From positions 145,225-209,224 of the forward strand of contig NW_003314374.1 in assembly GCF_000143415.4 (NCBI RefSeq): 64,000 bases of DNA, read 5' to 3'. A program made the position numbers and the translations under genes. Below, in pieces: positions 1 to 13,375 of the stretch. How positions within the stretch are numbered: the stretch's first letter is position 1; the number at the start of each line of letters is the position of its first letter. The stretch comes from Selaginella moellendorffii. Lineage: Eukaryota; Plantae; Lycopodiophyta. The notes under the pieces are model-generated. The model was not told the origin of the DNA and did no database searches. It was given only the letters and a program-made list of their open reading frames with translations.

Positions 1-1349
1 GAGAGAGTCGAGGGGACTTTTACAACCTTTATCTATTCCTCAAAGCTATTGATGTAGTATCTCTATGGACTTCATCACTTGTTTGCCATGCATATAGAGG
101 CAAAAGGAGTAAGTATGGGTTATAGTAGATCAGTTATAGTTATTAGCTCTTTAGTAGACTATCATTGCCTCAGACTTGGTTGTGGTTTACTTGGAGAAGG
201 TTTTTCCTTATTTTGGTTTTCCAGAGGACATCATTAGTGATCAAGATTCAAAGTTCATTAGAGGATTTGGAAAAGCTTTACAAAAATTATGGAAGTGATT
301 TTGAAACTGTTAAGTGTAGATCATCTTCAGATGGATGCAAACTGAATGTATGAATTAGGTGGTGGATGATATACTACACTATAGCATTGATTAAAGGCAG
401 GGACAGTGGAATCTATATCTTCTGTTAGTGCAATTTGCTTACAACAATAGCCAACATAGTGGAACTAAACTAAATCCTTACTTTGCCATATTTAGAAGGC
501 AATCCCAAACAGCAGTGGAATTAGGATTGCATTTGAGTAAAGACATTCAAGATAAGCTTGATTTTGAAGCAACTAATCTAGCCATAGAAATTGATGAGAT
601 TCTAGTGGTGTGCAAACAAAATTTGCAAGTAGTTCAGGATATAGTAGAGAACTTTGCTAATGAGCATCGTCAATTCTGAGAATATAAGGTAGGTGATTTT
701 GTCTTTGTGCGGGTGATTTTTCTGTGGCGGAACACTTTGGTGTCTTTACGGACAAGGAAGAGTGATAAACTTTCTTATCGATATGTTGGTCCATATAAAG
801 TGTTGGAGTGCATTGGTATAGTGGCTTATCAATTGCCAATTGGCTTGAAAATTCATCTAGTATTTTATGTCAACTTGTTGAAATGTGTACTATCTTGAAG
901 TGAAAGGCCCAATGCTTCCTTGATGTATACGGTTGTGAAAGATGGACTAGGAACTTGAGCAAAATTCCCTAGAAAGGGTGATCACTAGTACAATTTGTCC
1001 TTGGGATAAATACTTTGTTGGGGGGGAAGTATTGTTAGGCACCAACTTTGACCATGTGGTCAATGTCAGTCAAAGGGAGGCTCAAGGGTATATTAAGGCA
1101 TGTTAGTATAAAAACTCCTTATGCTAATATGGAACAATGGCACGATGGAGATTTTGAGGTAACTTGGGGGTGGTTGAGTGGTGAGGAACCTTAAGAGGAT
1201 ATGTAGTGTAATCTAGGAAGACTAAATTTTTGTTTTTTTGTGCCAAATTATAACATCTTTTGACTTTAAAGTAGTAGTTGGTGCAATTGCTTGATGCTAT
1301 ATAAATATAGTTGAACAATTAAACTTAGTTGATATTGGCATTCACAACA
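1..1349 (+). mobile_element. 3' end of a decayed Ty3/gypsy element (integrase remnant, PPT, 3' LTR 1033-1349)
   Basis: Integrase-like fragments (QFAYNNSQHSGTKLNPY; GPY/F motif RYVGPYKVL...IHLVFYVNLLK). PPT GGGGGGAAG at 1021. LTR bounded by TGTT...AACA. Confidence 0.75.
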
Positions 1350-1373
1350 TGTGGTATAGCTCCTTCTGCTCTA

Positions 1374-4300
1374 GGCTATGAGGGGTTCCAAATGTATAGT
1401 AGAGATAGTGGTTGGAATGTATGTCTAACCACCTGAGACATTAGTTTGGCTTCTAGTGGGTTGTGTCGTTCCTTGTTTTGCGTCTGGCTTGGGTCTAAGC
1501 CTAAGCTCCATGTTGCTTTAGTTGGTGGGGTACCCTCTTCCTCACGTTAAGCCACCGGTATGCCAAAATTGTGCTAGACACCGTCTGACACCATTTTGGA
1601 TGTAAGTGCTAAATACAGGGAGCTAGTGCTTGTGGGATTATACTGGACCCTTGTTTGCTAGCACAACAAGCTTGAAGTTTGGCTCCAAATTCAAATGCGT
1701 TATATTTGGTATTAGAGAGATTATCTTAGCAATTCCTATCCCACTTTTGTCGGATTTTCTGCCTTAAATTGCATATACAAAGATTTTTTTAGATCATCTG
1801 AAGTGACCTGTGTAAGATTAGTTGGATTGCACCATTCGGTAAGAACATTGTATGCATGTTTAGTTACTGATAGAGGCATGCATGCAACTAGCGAAATGGT
1901 GAAAAGGAACTATGTTGATGACACTGAAACCTTTAGACGGGCAAATCGAGAGGAGGAAACTCTTGCTAGAGATGCTGCAAAAGAGGCTAAGGCTGAGTCA
2001 AAAGAGGAAGAGCCAGATGCTACGGCACTGCAACATACGGCTCAGGAAGTTGAGATTGAGAATTTGTGAAGGGAAGTTTGTAAATTGAAGAAGGAGAATA
2101 AGAAGGGGAAAAAAGAAGCTAAAGCAGCTAAACCAGCTAAACCTAAGCAACCGGACTCCTCTTCAAGTTCTAAGGACGATGAATTTCTATAATTGCCCCT
2201 AGTTACACAAGTTTCAAAGTTCAAGCTTTCGAAACCACTCAATTTTAGAGGCATGTGGGACTATCAGGACTAAGTCTACAATATGGAAAACTATTTCATA
2301 GCGGCAGACATAGATGATCGTACGAAAGTTGTGTGTGCATAATCGTTTCTCACCGATCATGCCAAAACTTGGTGGTGACAGGTGTGTGCTGAGAAAGGGT
2401 AGACTAGAAGTTGGACTAAGATGTGGTCTTGTATCTGTAAGGAATACTTGCCAGATGATCTTGGTTTGAGACTTCATATGGAGCTACGGTAGTTAAAGTA
2501 GCGAGGGGACCTTATGCATTATGTTAATGCGTTTGCTCATAAGTGCATTATGATTGTCAATATGAGTGACAAAGATGCTTGGAGTTATTTCTTAGGGGGT
2601 TTAAGTTCACTTTCTTGCAATAAGATTTTAAAGTTTAAGCCAAAGACATACTTGGAGTGTAAGGAAGCAGCACAGCAACTTGCCTTTAGTCACTCACTCA
2701 TGGAACAATATCAGCAACCGTATGCTAGTACTTCGGACAAGAATAAAAATTCTGGGAATAAACAAGGTGATCGGAAACAGAGGATGGAAGGAAGGATCCA
2801 CCTTGGGAGTTCACAAGTAACAGTTAACAAAGGTGGTGGTGGTTGGCAACCACCAGTAGCTTCTTCTAGTCCTAGACCCTTTTTTCCTCCTCCTGGTGGG
2901 TACAAGCAATAGTAACTTACAAAACCTACTTCTAATAGAATAGGTAGTGTGGTTCATTGCTTCCATTGTGGAGAGTTAGGACATAGGTCCTCAGAATGTC
3001 CCAACAAGCATAAGACAAAGTTTCATATTAATGTTATGAGGGAAGATGGTGGTGGTGAAGCTGAAGGGGTTGACGAGTTGGTCAATGCAAACTATGAGGA
3101 AGAGGAGGTAAGCTACTTTTGTTGCTTTCCTCAAGCTTTTCTTGCAGTCAATGCAAACATTGATTTGTTGATGTATTTGGTAAGCGTTTTCTACAGATAC
3201 CGAATCCAAGTGATGATTGATATGGGAGCTACGCATAGCATGATATCCAAAGGCTTAGTTAAGTTGTTAGGATTGAATGCTAAGCAGATGTCACCTATAT
3301 ACTTCCAGCTTGCAAAAGGTGGGAAAGTAGTTAGAAAATTTGTGAGTGATGTTCTAATAAAAATATCCAAGTGGAAAGAAAGAGTGGACTTGGTAGTGTT
3401 GAAGATACCAAATTTTCAGATGATGTTTGGTATGGATTTTTTCAACAAATATATTAAAGGGATTTATGATGCTGGACAAAGTCACATCATATTGAAGTCA
3501 GGAGGACAACCCGATGTGTCCTTCCAATTGCAAAAGCTCTCCTCAAAGGATTGGGATGCTAAGTTCCTAACTGCGAAAGCCGCTCAAAAAGTAGCTAAGA
3601 AGGGGTGGCAAACCTTTTGGGTTCAAGTGATGGAAGCTGAGGGAGTTGATGACTCAGTTTGAATTGGTGATGGGGTTGATCCTGTACCAAAGAAGATATT
3701 GGAGTTGTTGGGGCAGAATCAGGATATCTTCCCGAAGGATTTGCCGCTAGAGCTACCTCCTAGCCGTGAGATTAATCATCAGATTGAGATCATTCTGGGT
3801 TCTAAACCACCTACAAAAGCTCTATATTGTTTGAACATCAAGGAGATAGCTGAACTCAAGAAGCAACTCACGAATCTTCTTGACAAAGGTCATATCCGAC
3901 CAAGCAAGTCATCTTATGGAGCGCCGGTCCTTTTTGTTATGTAAAAGGATGGAACCATAAGGATGTGTATTGACTATCAGGCACTCAATAAGATCAAGGT
4001 CAAAAATAGTTATCCTTTGCCTCGCATTGATGACTTATTTGACCAACTTTTAAAGGCTAAGTATTTCATGCGACTTGATTTGTGGTCCAAGTATCATCAA
4101 ATACGGGTGGCAGATCAAGATGTGAAGAAGTCAACCTTTAAGACTCAATACAAGTCTTATAAGTTCCTTGTCATGCAATTTGGGTTATGCAATGCTCCGG
4201 CAACATTCAACACTATGATGGATAGAATATTTGGAGATTATTTGGATGCATTTGTTGTTCTATATGTCGACAATATTCTAGTCTTTAGTGAAATGTTGAA

Positions 4301-7300
4301 AGATCATTTGAAACACTTAGAGCTGGTGTTTCAAAAGTTGCGTAAACACAAATTGTATGCTAAAGAAAGTAAATGTGCTTTTGGACAATTGCATATGACT
4401 TTCTTGGACATATAGTTGGGTTCGAAGATNNNNNNNNNNNNNNNNNNNNNNNNNNNNNNNNNNNNNNNNNNNNNNNNNNNNNNNNNNNNNNNNNNNNNNN
4501 NNNNNNNNNNNNNNNNNNNNNNNNNNNNNGTCTTGAGAAGTTCCACCACTGTGTAAGATGTTCGTTCCTTTCTCAGTTTGGCGGGATACTATTGGAAGTT
4601 TGTCCACAATTTTACAAGAATTGCTCTTCTGTTGACTGAGTTAATGAAGAGTAGTATACCATTTCATTAGACACTAACTTATCAGCATGTTTTTGTATGG
4701 TTTGAGGAGATCTTGACTACAGTTCCTATTCTTAAGATCCTAAATCTTGATAAACCCTTCGAAGTGCATTATGACACATCTAGCTATGCTATTGGTGCCG
4801 TGTTACAGCAAGATTGTGACAAAGTGGTTGGTGTTATGCTAAAGCGACATGGTTGTCTCATTTCAAGAAATTGGATGAAACCCAATGAAGATGGCCAATG
4901 CATGAGAAAGAGATATTTTCTATAGTGTTGGCATTGGAACACTGAAGACACTATTTGGGTGGATATACCAAAGTTTATACAGATAGAGCTACTTTGCTAT
5001 GCAGCCAAAACTTATGCCAAAGAAAGCTCGTTGGCAAGAGAAGCTTGCTAGATTCGATATTGAAATCATCTATAAACCTAAGACAATATTGTTCTGGATG
5101 CATTGAGTTGTTAGACTCAGTTCTGAGCAATATCAACAATCAGTTCAAATTGATTGGAGGTTGTTCGGACTTCATATGGTAGTGATCCATTGGCAAAGGC
5201 AATCTTGCACCGTGTGGAGTTGTCAAAGCAGAACCCTAGTAGCAAAGCAACAAAAGTTGTTAGTCGAACCAATGTGAAACTTCACTTCTCAGTTCATGAT
5301 GGGCTTATATTCTATAAGTAAGAAAGATTGTATCTTCCCTCTAAGGATCTACAACAGTTGTTTCTACGGGAACATCATGATATTCCGGCAGCAGGATATG
5401 GTGGAAAGCAAAAGACTCTTGCTTCATTGAAAAAGGGATTTTTTTGGTCTAGTATAGAAGGTGATGTAGTGGATTATATCCGTTCCTACCCTATATGCTA
5501 GCAATGTAAGTGCAAAACTAAGAAGTAGGTTGGAAAGTTGTAATACATTCCAGCACCGGCATAGCCATTTCAAAGTGTGATACTTGATTTCATCACTTGC
5601 TTGCTGAAATCTAAAGGTTATGATACTTTGATAGTGCTTGTGGATTGGTTGTTAAAGATTGCACACTTCATTCCAATTATGAATGCAAAATAAGCAACAA
5701 AGCTCTTTTTCCATGAAATAGTGTGGGTTTGTGGTCTTCTATAAGAGATGATCTCAAATAGAGATTCAAGATTTACGAGGAAGTTTTAGGGCATATTATT
5801 CCAGTTGTTTGGTACCAAATTGAAGTTTAGTATGGCTTATCATCCTTAAACTAATGGGCAAACCGAACGTGTGAATGCTCAAGTTGAGCATTATCTACAG
5901 TACTATATCGCGACAAACCAACGCAACTAGGTTGAACATTTGGACATAGCAAAAATCTATTATAACAACACATTTCACAGTAAGTGTTGGTCTTAGCCAT
6001 TGAGACTTATGTGGAGCAACTACCCCAAGGTTGGTCTAGAGCTATTGAGGCAATGAGCAAAGCTCAGGATAGGTATCGACGTGATAAAGATCAGCATCGT
6101 TGGGATGTATCCTATCAAGTGGGAGATCAAATGTGGCCATCTTCTTGGAACTTGAATGTTAAGGGATCTTTATCTTGGAAATTGTTACTGAGATATATTG
6201 GGCCCTATTGGGTATTGGTGCGAGTTGGTGATGTATCCTATAAGTTGGATATTCCGGACGAGTTATCCCATGTACATGATGTGTTTCATGTCAGTTTATT
6301 GGCACCATATCATGTTGATGCAAATCGCTCTATGGATATTCGTCCCCCTCTGGAAGTTATGAATGGTGACATGGAGTATGAGGTCGAGACAATTCTTTTG
6401 TCTTGCAATAGTTAAGTGGAAAGGTTACTCGATTTGTGAATCAACTTGGGAACGTTTTAGGAATCTTACACATGCTCATGAGCTTGTCACGGAGTATGAG
6501 AATAGTAATAAAGCCTAGCTTTTGTAAATCTTGTATTAAATCTTGCAAATCAATAAAGTAATATATTTCTATAAATCAAAATTTGTTTCTCTTGTTCGTT
6601 AGTACTTGCGTTAGTTTTGGCAGGCTGACTTTAGCACTTCAGTGCATGAGTTCAATCCATAACTATGGGGATAACTATTATAGACTAATTATAAAGTCCC
6701 TACCTCTCTCTCAATGACTCATTTTTGAAAAGGGACATAGTCGTATAAACAATTTAATCTACCAATTTATTATAGTTGTCTAAATCTTCCTGACAGGGTT
6801 GATTTCTTGCTTAGGGAAGTTGGGCCTCTAGCCTTCTCCCTATGTCCCTGCGAGCAAAGATGTATCATTCCTTTGAAAGCAAAGTGGTACTCGGAGCAAC
6901 AAGGGTGGCTAACTCCGTTAGTCATTTCCTTGTCAATGACAGCCGGAGGGTGTTTAAGTCTTAATATCTTTGGACGTAGAGGAGAGGTCATTCCATAACT
7001 CATTTAAGTTGGTGTGTTTTCCACATAATATGCTTTTTATTAACTTTCGGAGTTGTTTCCTTGACGGTTTGCTAAACTTAAGTATATATCGACGAGGACA
7101 TCAATCTTCCCCAAAGGGGGGAGGTGTCACGAATATGACTTTGGGTATCGAAAGATATTTATCGGCCAGTTCTTATGGACACTCTTTCCTTACTGTCATG
7201 ATGGTAGGAGGTCGGTATAGTTGGTTCCCTTTATTGTTCCTACTTGAGCTAGTTGAGAAACTGGTCAATGACCTTGTATTTAAATTGGATAAACATAAGG

Positions 7301-7985
7301 TAGGAACCCTATGTGTTTCTTGCTGAGCATACTTAGCCTAGTTTAAGAAACTCGTGTCATTGGCTTGCACTTACTAGTATTAAGAACCCCCATGATATTG
7401 AGATTGGTCCCTCAATATTCACTAAATGATAGCTTACCATATCTGCCAAACACCCTTGCTATCATGCCCTTTGTATTAGTCTTATTTCGTTCCATTGGCT
7501 AATTAAGGAAAGTGCTAGATTTGCTAATTTGGCATATCTATGGAGTATAGAGATTGGCCTGATTATAATGGTTTTTGTCCCATATCCAAATTCACAATCT
7601 AACATCATTCCATATTTAATAAATTTTGAGTTAGTCCAAAAGCATGTGTTCCTCAAGACGGGGGGGCGCTTTGGGAAGTTCCAAATATATAATAAGGATA
7701 GTGGTTGAAGTGTATGTTCAACCATTTAAGATATTAATTTGGCTCCCGTTAAGCTGTGTCACTCTTTATTTTGCATCCGGCTTGGGTCTAAGCCCAAGCT
7801 CCACGCTGCTTTAGTCGGTGGGGTACCTTCCTCCTCATATTAGGCCACCGGTATTCAAACATTGTTTGACACCATTTTGCATGTAAGTGCTGAATATAGG
7901 GAGTTGGTGTGCATGGGATTGTATCAGACCCTCGTTTGGTAGTCCAACGGGCTTGGAATTTGGCTCCAAATTCATGTGCACTACA
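1374..7985 (+). mobile_element. Decayed Ty3/gypsy chromovirus ('family B'): truncated 5' LTR to 1704, gag-pol remnants, 3' LTR 7125-7985
   Basis: PBS TGGTATTAGAG (tRNA-iMet type) at 1707. Zn knuckle CFHCGELGHRSSEC, protease DMGATHS, RT (YPLPRIDDL, FGLCNAPATF, YVDN), RNase H, integrase and chromodomain remnant (EYEVETIL..KWKGY..STWE) near 6370-6510. PPT at 7114-7124. 1374-1704 aligns with the 3' half of 7125-7985. Many stops and frameshifts. Confidence 0.9.
4430..4529. other. Assembly gap (100 N)
   Basis: Run of N. Confidence 1.
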
Positions 7986-8337
7986 GTGCTCTAACCATGT
8001 GGCTAGAGTGAGGTTCTACCAAGCCATGCTAGGTATCCAAGTAAGTAGTGCCACTTACACTTGGATTGGGAGTATCAACCATTTAATCTCTCGAAGGAGG
8101 TAGAATTAGCTTTTGAACACTTCACCAAGTTATCCCACTTGTCCATCCATGTGTCACTTTAGCCTTGAACTCCTTAGTGGTTATATTGTCACCCACCATG
8201 TAGGTATAGCTATCTTTGGTCACACTAACCTTTCCTGGCTAAATTGATTCCATTAAAGTCCTCCCCCCTACTATACTTTTGGAGCTTACCAAACCCCTCA
8301 GGGTCTAGGAGACAATCACTTTAGGCTTTCACCCTTA

Positions 8338-8530
8338 GACTCAGACTCGGAGACGAACTTGGTCTTAGTCCCGGTCTTGGTTCCCAATCCTGGTCCTAGG
8401 CTCCATCTCAAAATCAACCTCAAGGTCCATCTCAGACTCAATCTCAAACTCTATCTGGGACTCCATCTCAAACTCCATCTCAGACTCTTTCTCGGACTCT
8501 ATCTTAGATTCCTTCTTGGACTTAATCCCA
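8338..8530. repeat. Degenerate 6/12-bp tandem repeat (ACTCCATCTCAG-like)
   Basis: Periodic ctcag/ctcaa/catctc units. The minus frame reads as an E/S/M/I repeat. Confidence 0.6.
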
Positions 8531-8859
8531 ACACTTCCATGTGTCATAACACTTGTCATGTATTAGTCCTTCTTGTATCCCTTTCTAGAGACTCATTCAT
8601 CAATCACTTCATACTCATTTCTTGAGCACTTTTTTTGGAATTCCACTCCCACTCTCAACTTTTTGGGTTGGAGTTTTTGGTCTCAACATGTTATGCTTGT
8701 TGGACTTTTGTTTCGACTACTGCCATATAACACACTTTTGGCTCCACTCACATAGTAATCATGGACACGAGATTGATTCAACCAATGAGGGTCCATACAA
8801 AGCAAGAAAGAAATTCTTGACCTTATGTCACTTTGAACCTTAGTAATCTGGTGTCCTTG

Positions 8860-9554
8860 TGTAGTGCACTCTATCTCTCTCCCCTTAAACCAACTGAAAA
8901 AAAAGCAATTGCTTAATGAGAGAGCCCTTAGTGTCTATTTTATCCCTATTTATGCCCTAAGATTCTAAAGATCCATAGTGACAGTATATCCAAATTTCAT
9001 CCCATGATTATATACGCTACACTCCATATATGTTACATTCACCCCCCCTTCAGAAATGTCAATGTCCTCATTGATTATTGACTATTGACTAACAACCCTT
9101 ACCGAGCCAAAGGGAATCAACACGTCCATTTCTATACTGAATCTACTGATCCTTCTATTGTGTAGACTAGCTATTCCATGTGAAGCAACTAGTTATCCAC
9201 CCGTACCGCAGTCCTACGGTGGATACTTTTATCCATGGATACTCCACACAAGAGGAAGGACGTACGCATGAATGCCTAATATGTACGATTTCAAATTTAG
9301 GGGTAGCAATATACCTTGTTCAAGGGTATATTATATTTTTAAGTAGCCATTAATCAATAGGAATTGAACCCGTGCTATTTGCTCTGATACCACATGTAGC
9401 GCACCCTATCTCTCCTCTTAAGCCAACTGGAAAAAGGGCAATTGCTTGATGAAAGAGCCCTTAATGGCTATTTTATCCCCATTTATCTCCCAAAGTTCCA
9501 AAGATCCATGGTGACAGTATATCCAAATTTCATCTTATGATCACATGCACTACA
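8860..9554 (-). mobile_element. TRIM (non-autonomous mini LTR element), LTRs 8860-9021 and 9396-9554
   Basis: Two ~160-bp direct repeats TGTAG..CTACA. PBS (rc GCTCTGATACCA) at 9381-9392, PPT near 9042-9049, non-coding ~370-bp interior, flanks CCTTG/CTTTG. Confidence 0.85.
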
Positions 9555-10922
9555 CTTTGATGCATGGTAATATCATCAAAAGCCTCTTCCTTCTCATCAT
9601 GGCCATCATCATTAATGCCATACTCTTCATCAAGATTTATATCCCACTCCTCTACCATCCTCAAAAGAATATGCCACTTTGATACCAATGAAACGAGCAC
9701 CAATTCCCAACCCTTAATGTGTTCCAGCCTTAAATCCCACAAGTCATAGAATATATTTAAAATATTCCTATGGTTTGTGTCATATTTCATTTTGTTAGCT
9801 AGTTACACTTAAGACAAAATAAGTTATATATGCTTGCAGATCGAATGGGTTCCTATTTATTTTAATCTACTTAAAGCATCCCCTAACCTAAAGCTATGTT
9901 ATTTAATATCATTGCAAATAAAATTCCAAGAAAATATATGGTTATACCATTTGTCACACAGAATTAAATAATAGAATCTGCTATAGAAGGTAGCTATAGC
10001 AATTTATATTATAATTTGTGAACATGCTAAATAAAGTGTAATAACTTAGTTGAAGCTATATAAGTTTTCAAGAGTGTCTAAGAGAACCTTTGGAATTGCA
10101 TGATTTCAAGAGAGAAGAAACAAATTTGAAAAATTGTTACTCTTGCAAAGAAAGGAAAGAATGTGGCTAATAATCTAGAGTTATGTCAAGATTGGCTGTA
10201 ACAATGCATATACACTAAATATATCTGATGTAAACAATGTCATAATTGTTATTACTAAAGCTTGTGTGATTATAAGTGCTCTAGATCTAGCAATAAAGAA
10301 AGAATATGCAAAACCAAATCAATGAGAAAGTTCTAGATTTTTATTATAACCTTTTGTGCCTAGAAAGGGATAAGCTCTCTTTCTCATCAACTTTGATAAA
10401 GACTTTTTGACTAATATAATAAAAACATGAACATTCTCTTTATATTCACTATTTTTTTTATCTTCTTGTTTATTTTTATAATTTCAATAATTTCTTACAT
10501 AATATACATCATAAAATAATATATTTAGAAAAATTCAAAATATAATTTATTATTTAAAGTAATGAGCATTAAGGGTTTTAGTCTTAATATTGAAATATAA
10601 AACTAATACTAATTACTTTTCTTCATTTTATTTCCACAATCTGGGACTTTGGGACAACATTTTGAAACATTGCAACCCTATACAAGCCTCATGGGTACTC
10701 TCCCTACATTATGTGGATAAGGCAAGGTTTCAATAAGCTATGCCAAGTATCCAAGTAGGTAGTGCTAACCACACTTAAACTGGAAATATTGACTATTTGA
10801 TCTCTTAGGGAAACTAAAGTTGGCTTTTAAACACTTTATCAAGTTACCTTATTTATCTATTTGTATTCATTGTAGCTTTAGACTTCTCAGTGGTTATATC
10901 ATCACCCACCACATGGGTATAA

Positions 10923-12194
10923 TGTCATGAATGTGACTTCGGGTATCGAAAATTATCTATCAACTGTCTTTTTGAATATTTTTTCTTTACTGCCATGACT
11001 AAAGAAGGTCAATATTGTTGGACCCTTTATTAGTCTCCACCTAAGCTAGTTGAAAAACTGGTCATCACATATGCACTTAAACCAGAAGGGCACTAAGGAA
11101 GGAAATTCTAAATTGTCATTTGTCAAGCAAACTTGACACAGTGATAAGAAACTTATGATGTTGGCTTGCACTTACTAATGTTGGGAACCCCTATGATATT
11201 AAGCTTGGTCCTTCAACATTTGCTAGATGATAACTTACCGTGTCTGCTAAACACCCTCGCTATCATGCCCTTTGTATTAATCTCATTCGGTCCTAAATAT
11301 TATTTATGGAAAGTGTCTAAATTTGCTTATTTGGCATATCTACTGAATGTAGAGATTGTCTTGGATACAATGGTGTTCATCCTATTTCCAAATTCGCAAT
11401 CTAATGCCATTCCATATTTAGTAAGTCAAATTTATCCCAGAGACTAACTCTTGATATTAAGGGAGGTTTGGGGTGAAAGCCCAAAGTGTGTGTTCCTCAA
11501 GGGGGGGGGGGGGGGGGGGGGGGGCCTTTGGAGGGTCCCAAATTGTAGCGCATGTGATCATGGGATGAGATTTGGATATACTGTCACCGTGGATCCTTGG
11601 AACCTTGGGAGATAAATGGGGATAAAATAGCCACTAAAGGCTCTCTCATCAAGCAATTGCCCCTTTTCCAGTTGGCTTAAGGGGAGAGAGATAAAGTGCG
11701 CTACACAAATGTATAGTAGGGATAATGGGTATTTCGGGTATAGCTAACCAACCTAAGGCATAGTTTAACTCTTACTTGCATATCTGTCCTTGTTTTGCGT
11801 CTAGCTTGGTTCTAAGCCTAAGTTCCACATCATATTATTCCTCACGTCAGGAGGACTCCATTTAACTCCGTTTTGCATGTTAATTCTGGTATTGGGATGC
11901 TAGATATTGTAGGATTGCTCCAAGTTACTCTGTGCTCCTGTCCCTTCGCTCTTTGGGTTGTATGATTGGAAGTTGCTCTATGGTTCAATTTCATCATTCT
12001 TTGGCTCTATGATTAGGAGTTTAACACCGTTCCTTCGTTCAGCAGCCCAAGGCCTTGAAACTTGGGTTCTACACCACTGTCCTTTGGACATGTGGCATGT
12101 GGCATGTAACACATGGCACATAGAAGGTTTAAGTTTTACTCCATGGTTATAATAAATCACCATAGGATAAAAAGTAAAAACCACATGCATTACA
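10923..12194 (+). mobile_element. Solo LTR of family B
   Basis: TGTCA...TACA termini, perfect 5-bp TSD TATAA (10918-10922 / 12195-12199), homologous to 7125ff and to rc of 57951-59080. Confidence 0.9.
11544..11705 (+). mobile_element. Solo TRIM LTR nested in the family-B solo LTR
   Basis: Reverse complement of the 9396-9554 LTR. TGTAGCGCA...GTGCGCTACA termini, TSD CAAAT. Confidence 0.9.
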
Positions 12195-12722
12195 TATAAC
12201 CTTTCTAGGTCACACTAACATTTCCTAACTAAACTAGTGCTACTAGAGTCTTCCCCTGTACTAAACCCTCTATAGTTTATAATTGTCAACAACTACATTA
12301 ATGGTTTTGTAGGAGCCTTTAGTTTTTATAGCAATTTATAATTGCCTAGTATAAGCTCTAGATATTGCACTTAATTTATCATCATCACTTTTGTATCTTC
12401 TAAAGGGGAAAATAGTGTAAGGTCTATAACTATATGTATTATATTAATTCTAATATTATAGCATATAAATAAGTAAAGGTCTAAACCTCAATTAAGATAC
12501 TTATTCCCATTTCTTGAACACTCACAAATAAAGTTATTTTTAATTCCTATAAAATTAATTAACATGTCAACTTTGATCTATAATAAAAGGGAATATATCT
12601 TATAGTGGCTTCCACTTTGCTATACTAAGTTTGACTTACTCATTATAGTTATAGTTAGAATTAAAACGGATTAACCAGTTTAGCTTATGATTTTAAGAGT
12701 TAACAATACTAGGTTTTGTTAG

Positions 12723-13120
12723 TTATTTGTTGTCTCTGCTCTTGAACACGCTTGCACCAAAGAAGAGGAACATCCAGATGAATGCTGCCACCACAATTTG
12801 CGCCTTGGTGCTCAGATCATTCAGCTTCCCTGCAGAGTAGATAGAATCTAGAGGACGTCACAGAAAAACAGTTGGGACTGGCTCCTCCTACCTCCCAAAT
12901 TTCCAAAAGACCCCTCATGCGATTCATCCTCGCCATTGTTGCTGCTGTTGCTCCCGCCGCCATCACCAGCCGCAATCCTCATGCTCCCTTCTCGTCCACG
13001 AAAAAATCTACCCGGTAGTGGCACCCACAGGCGGCAGGGAGGAAGAATCCGATGGTGCAGCAACAGAGGCGTTGAATCGGTGCCGGGTGTGGCGAACGTG
13101 GGACTGATCAATCCCCTCAT
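12723..13120 (-). CDS. Small (111 aa) predicted plastid protein with a C-terminal TM helix; exons 13120-12892 and 12829-12723
   Basis: Transit-peptide-like N-terminus. A GT-AG 62-nt intron restores the frame to GKLNDLSTKAQIVVAAFIWMFLFFGASVFKSRDNK*. Confidence 0.65.
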
Positions 13121-13375
13121 CCGATGGGAAACAGGAACAAATTACGCATGAGAACTAGTACTGCTGCGGAAGGAGGCGATGCCAAATCGAAGTAGCAAAA
13201 AAATATCTACCCACAATCAACATACTAACATACGATCAACGTAGAAAAACCACGAATCAACAGCATGGCAGCACATTCCAAAGCGATAAGAAAAAAATCT
13301 CTCCTTGCAAATGGATAAGAAAAGAAAAGCACAATCAGGGCAAGCAACGTCTCCTCTCCCCGCGGCAAAATCGCC

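Noticed and set aside
8338-8530. CRISPR-like or coding repeat
   Set aside because: Degenerate short tandem repeat without unique spacers, in a eukaryotic TE context.
8860-9554. Cassandra (5S rRNA-containing) TRIM
   Set aside because: No 5S A/C-box sequence visible in the LTRs.
11501-11524. 24-nt poly-G as a special element
   Set aside because: Expansion of a G tract present in other family-B LTR copies; homopolymer length is unreliable.
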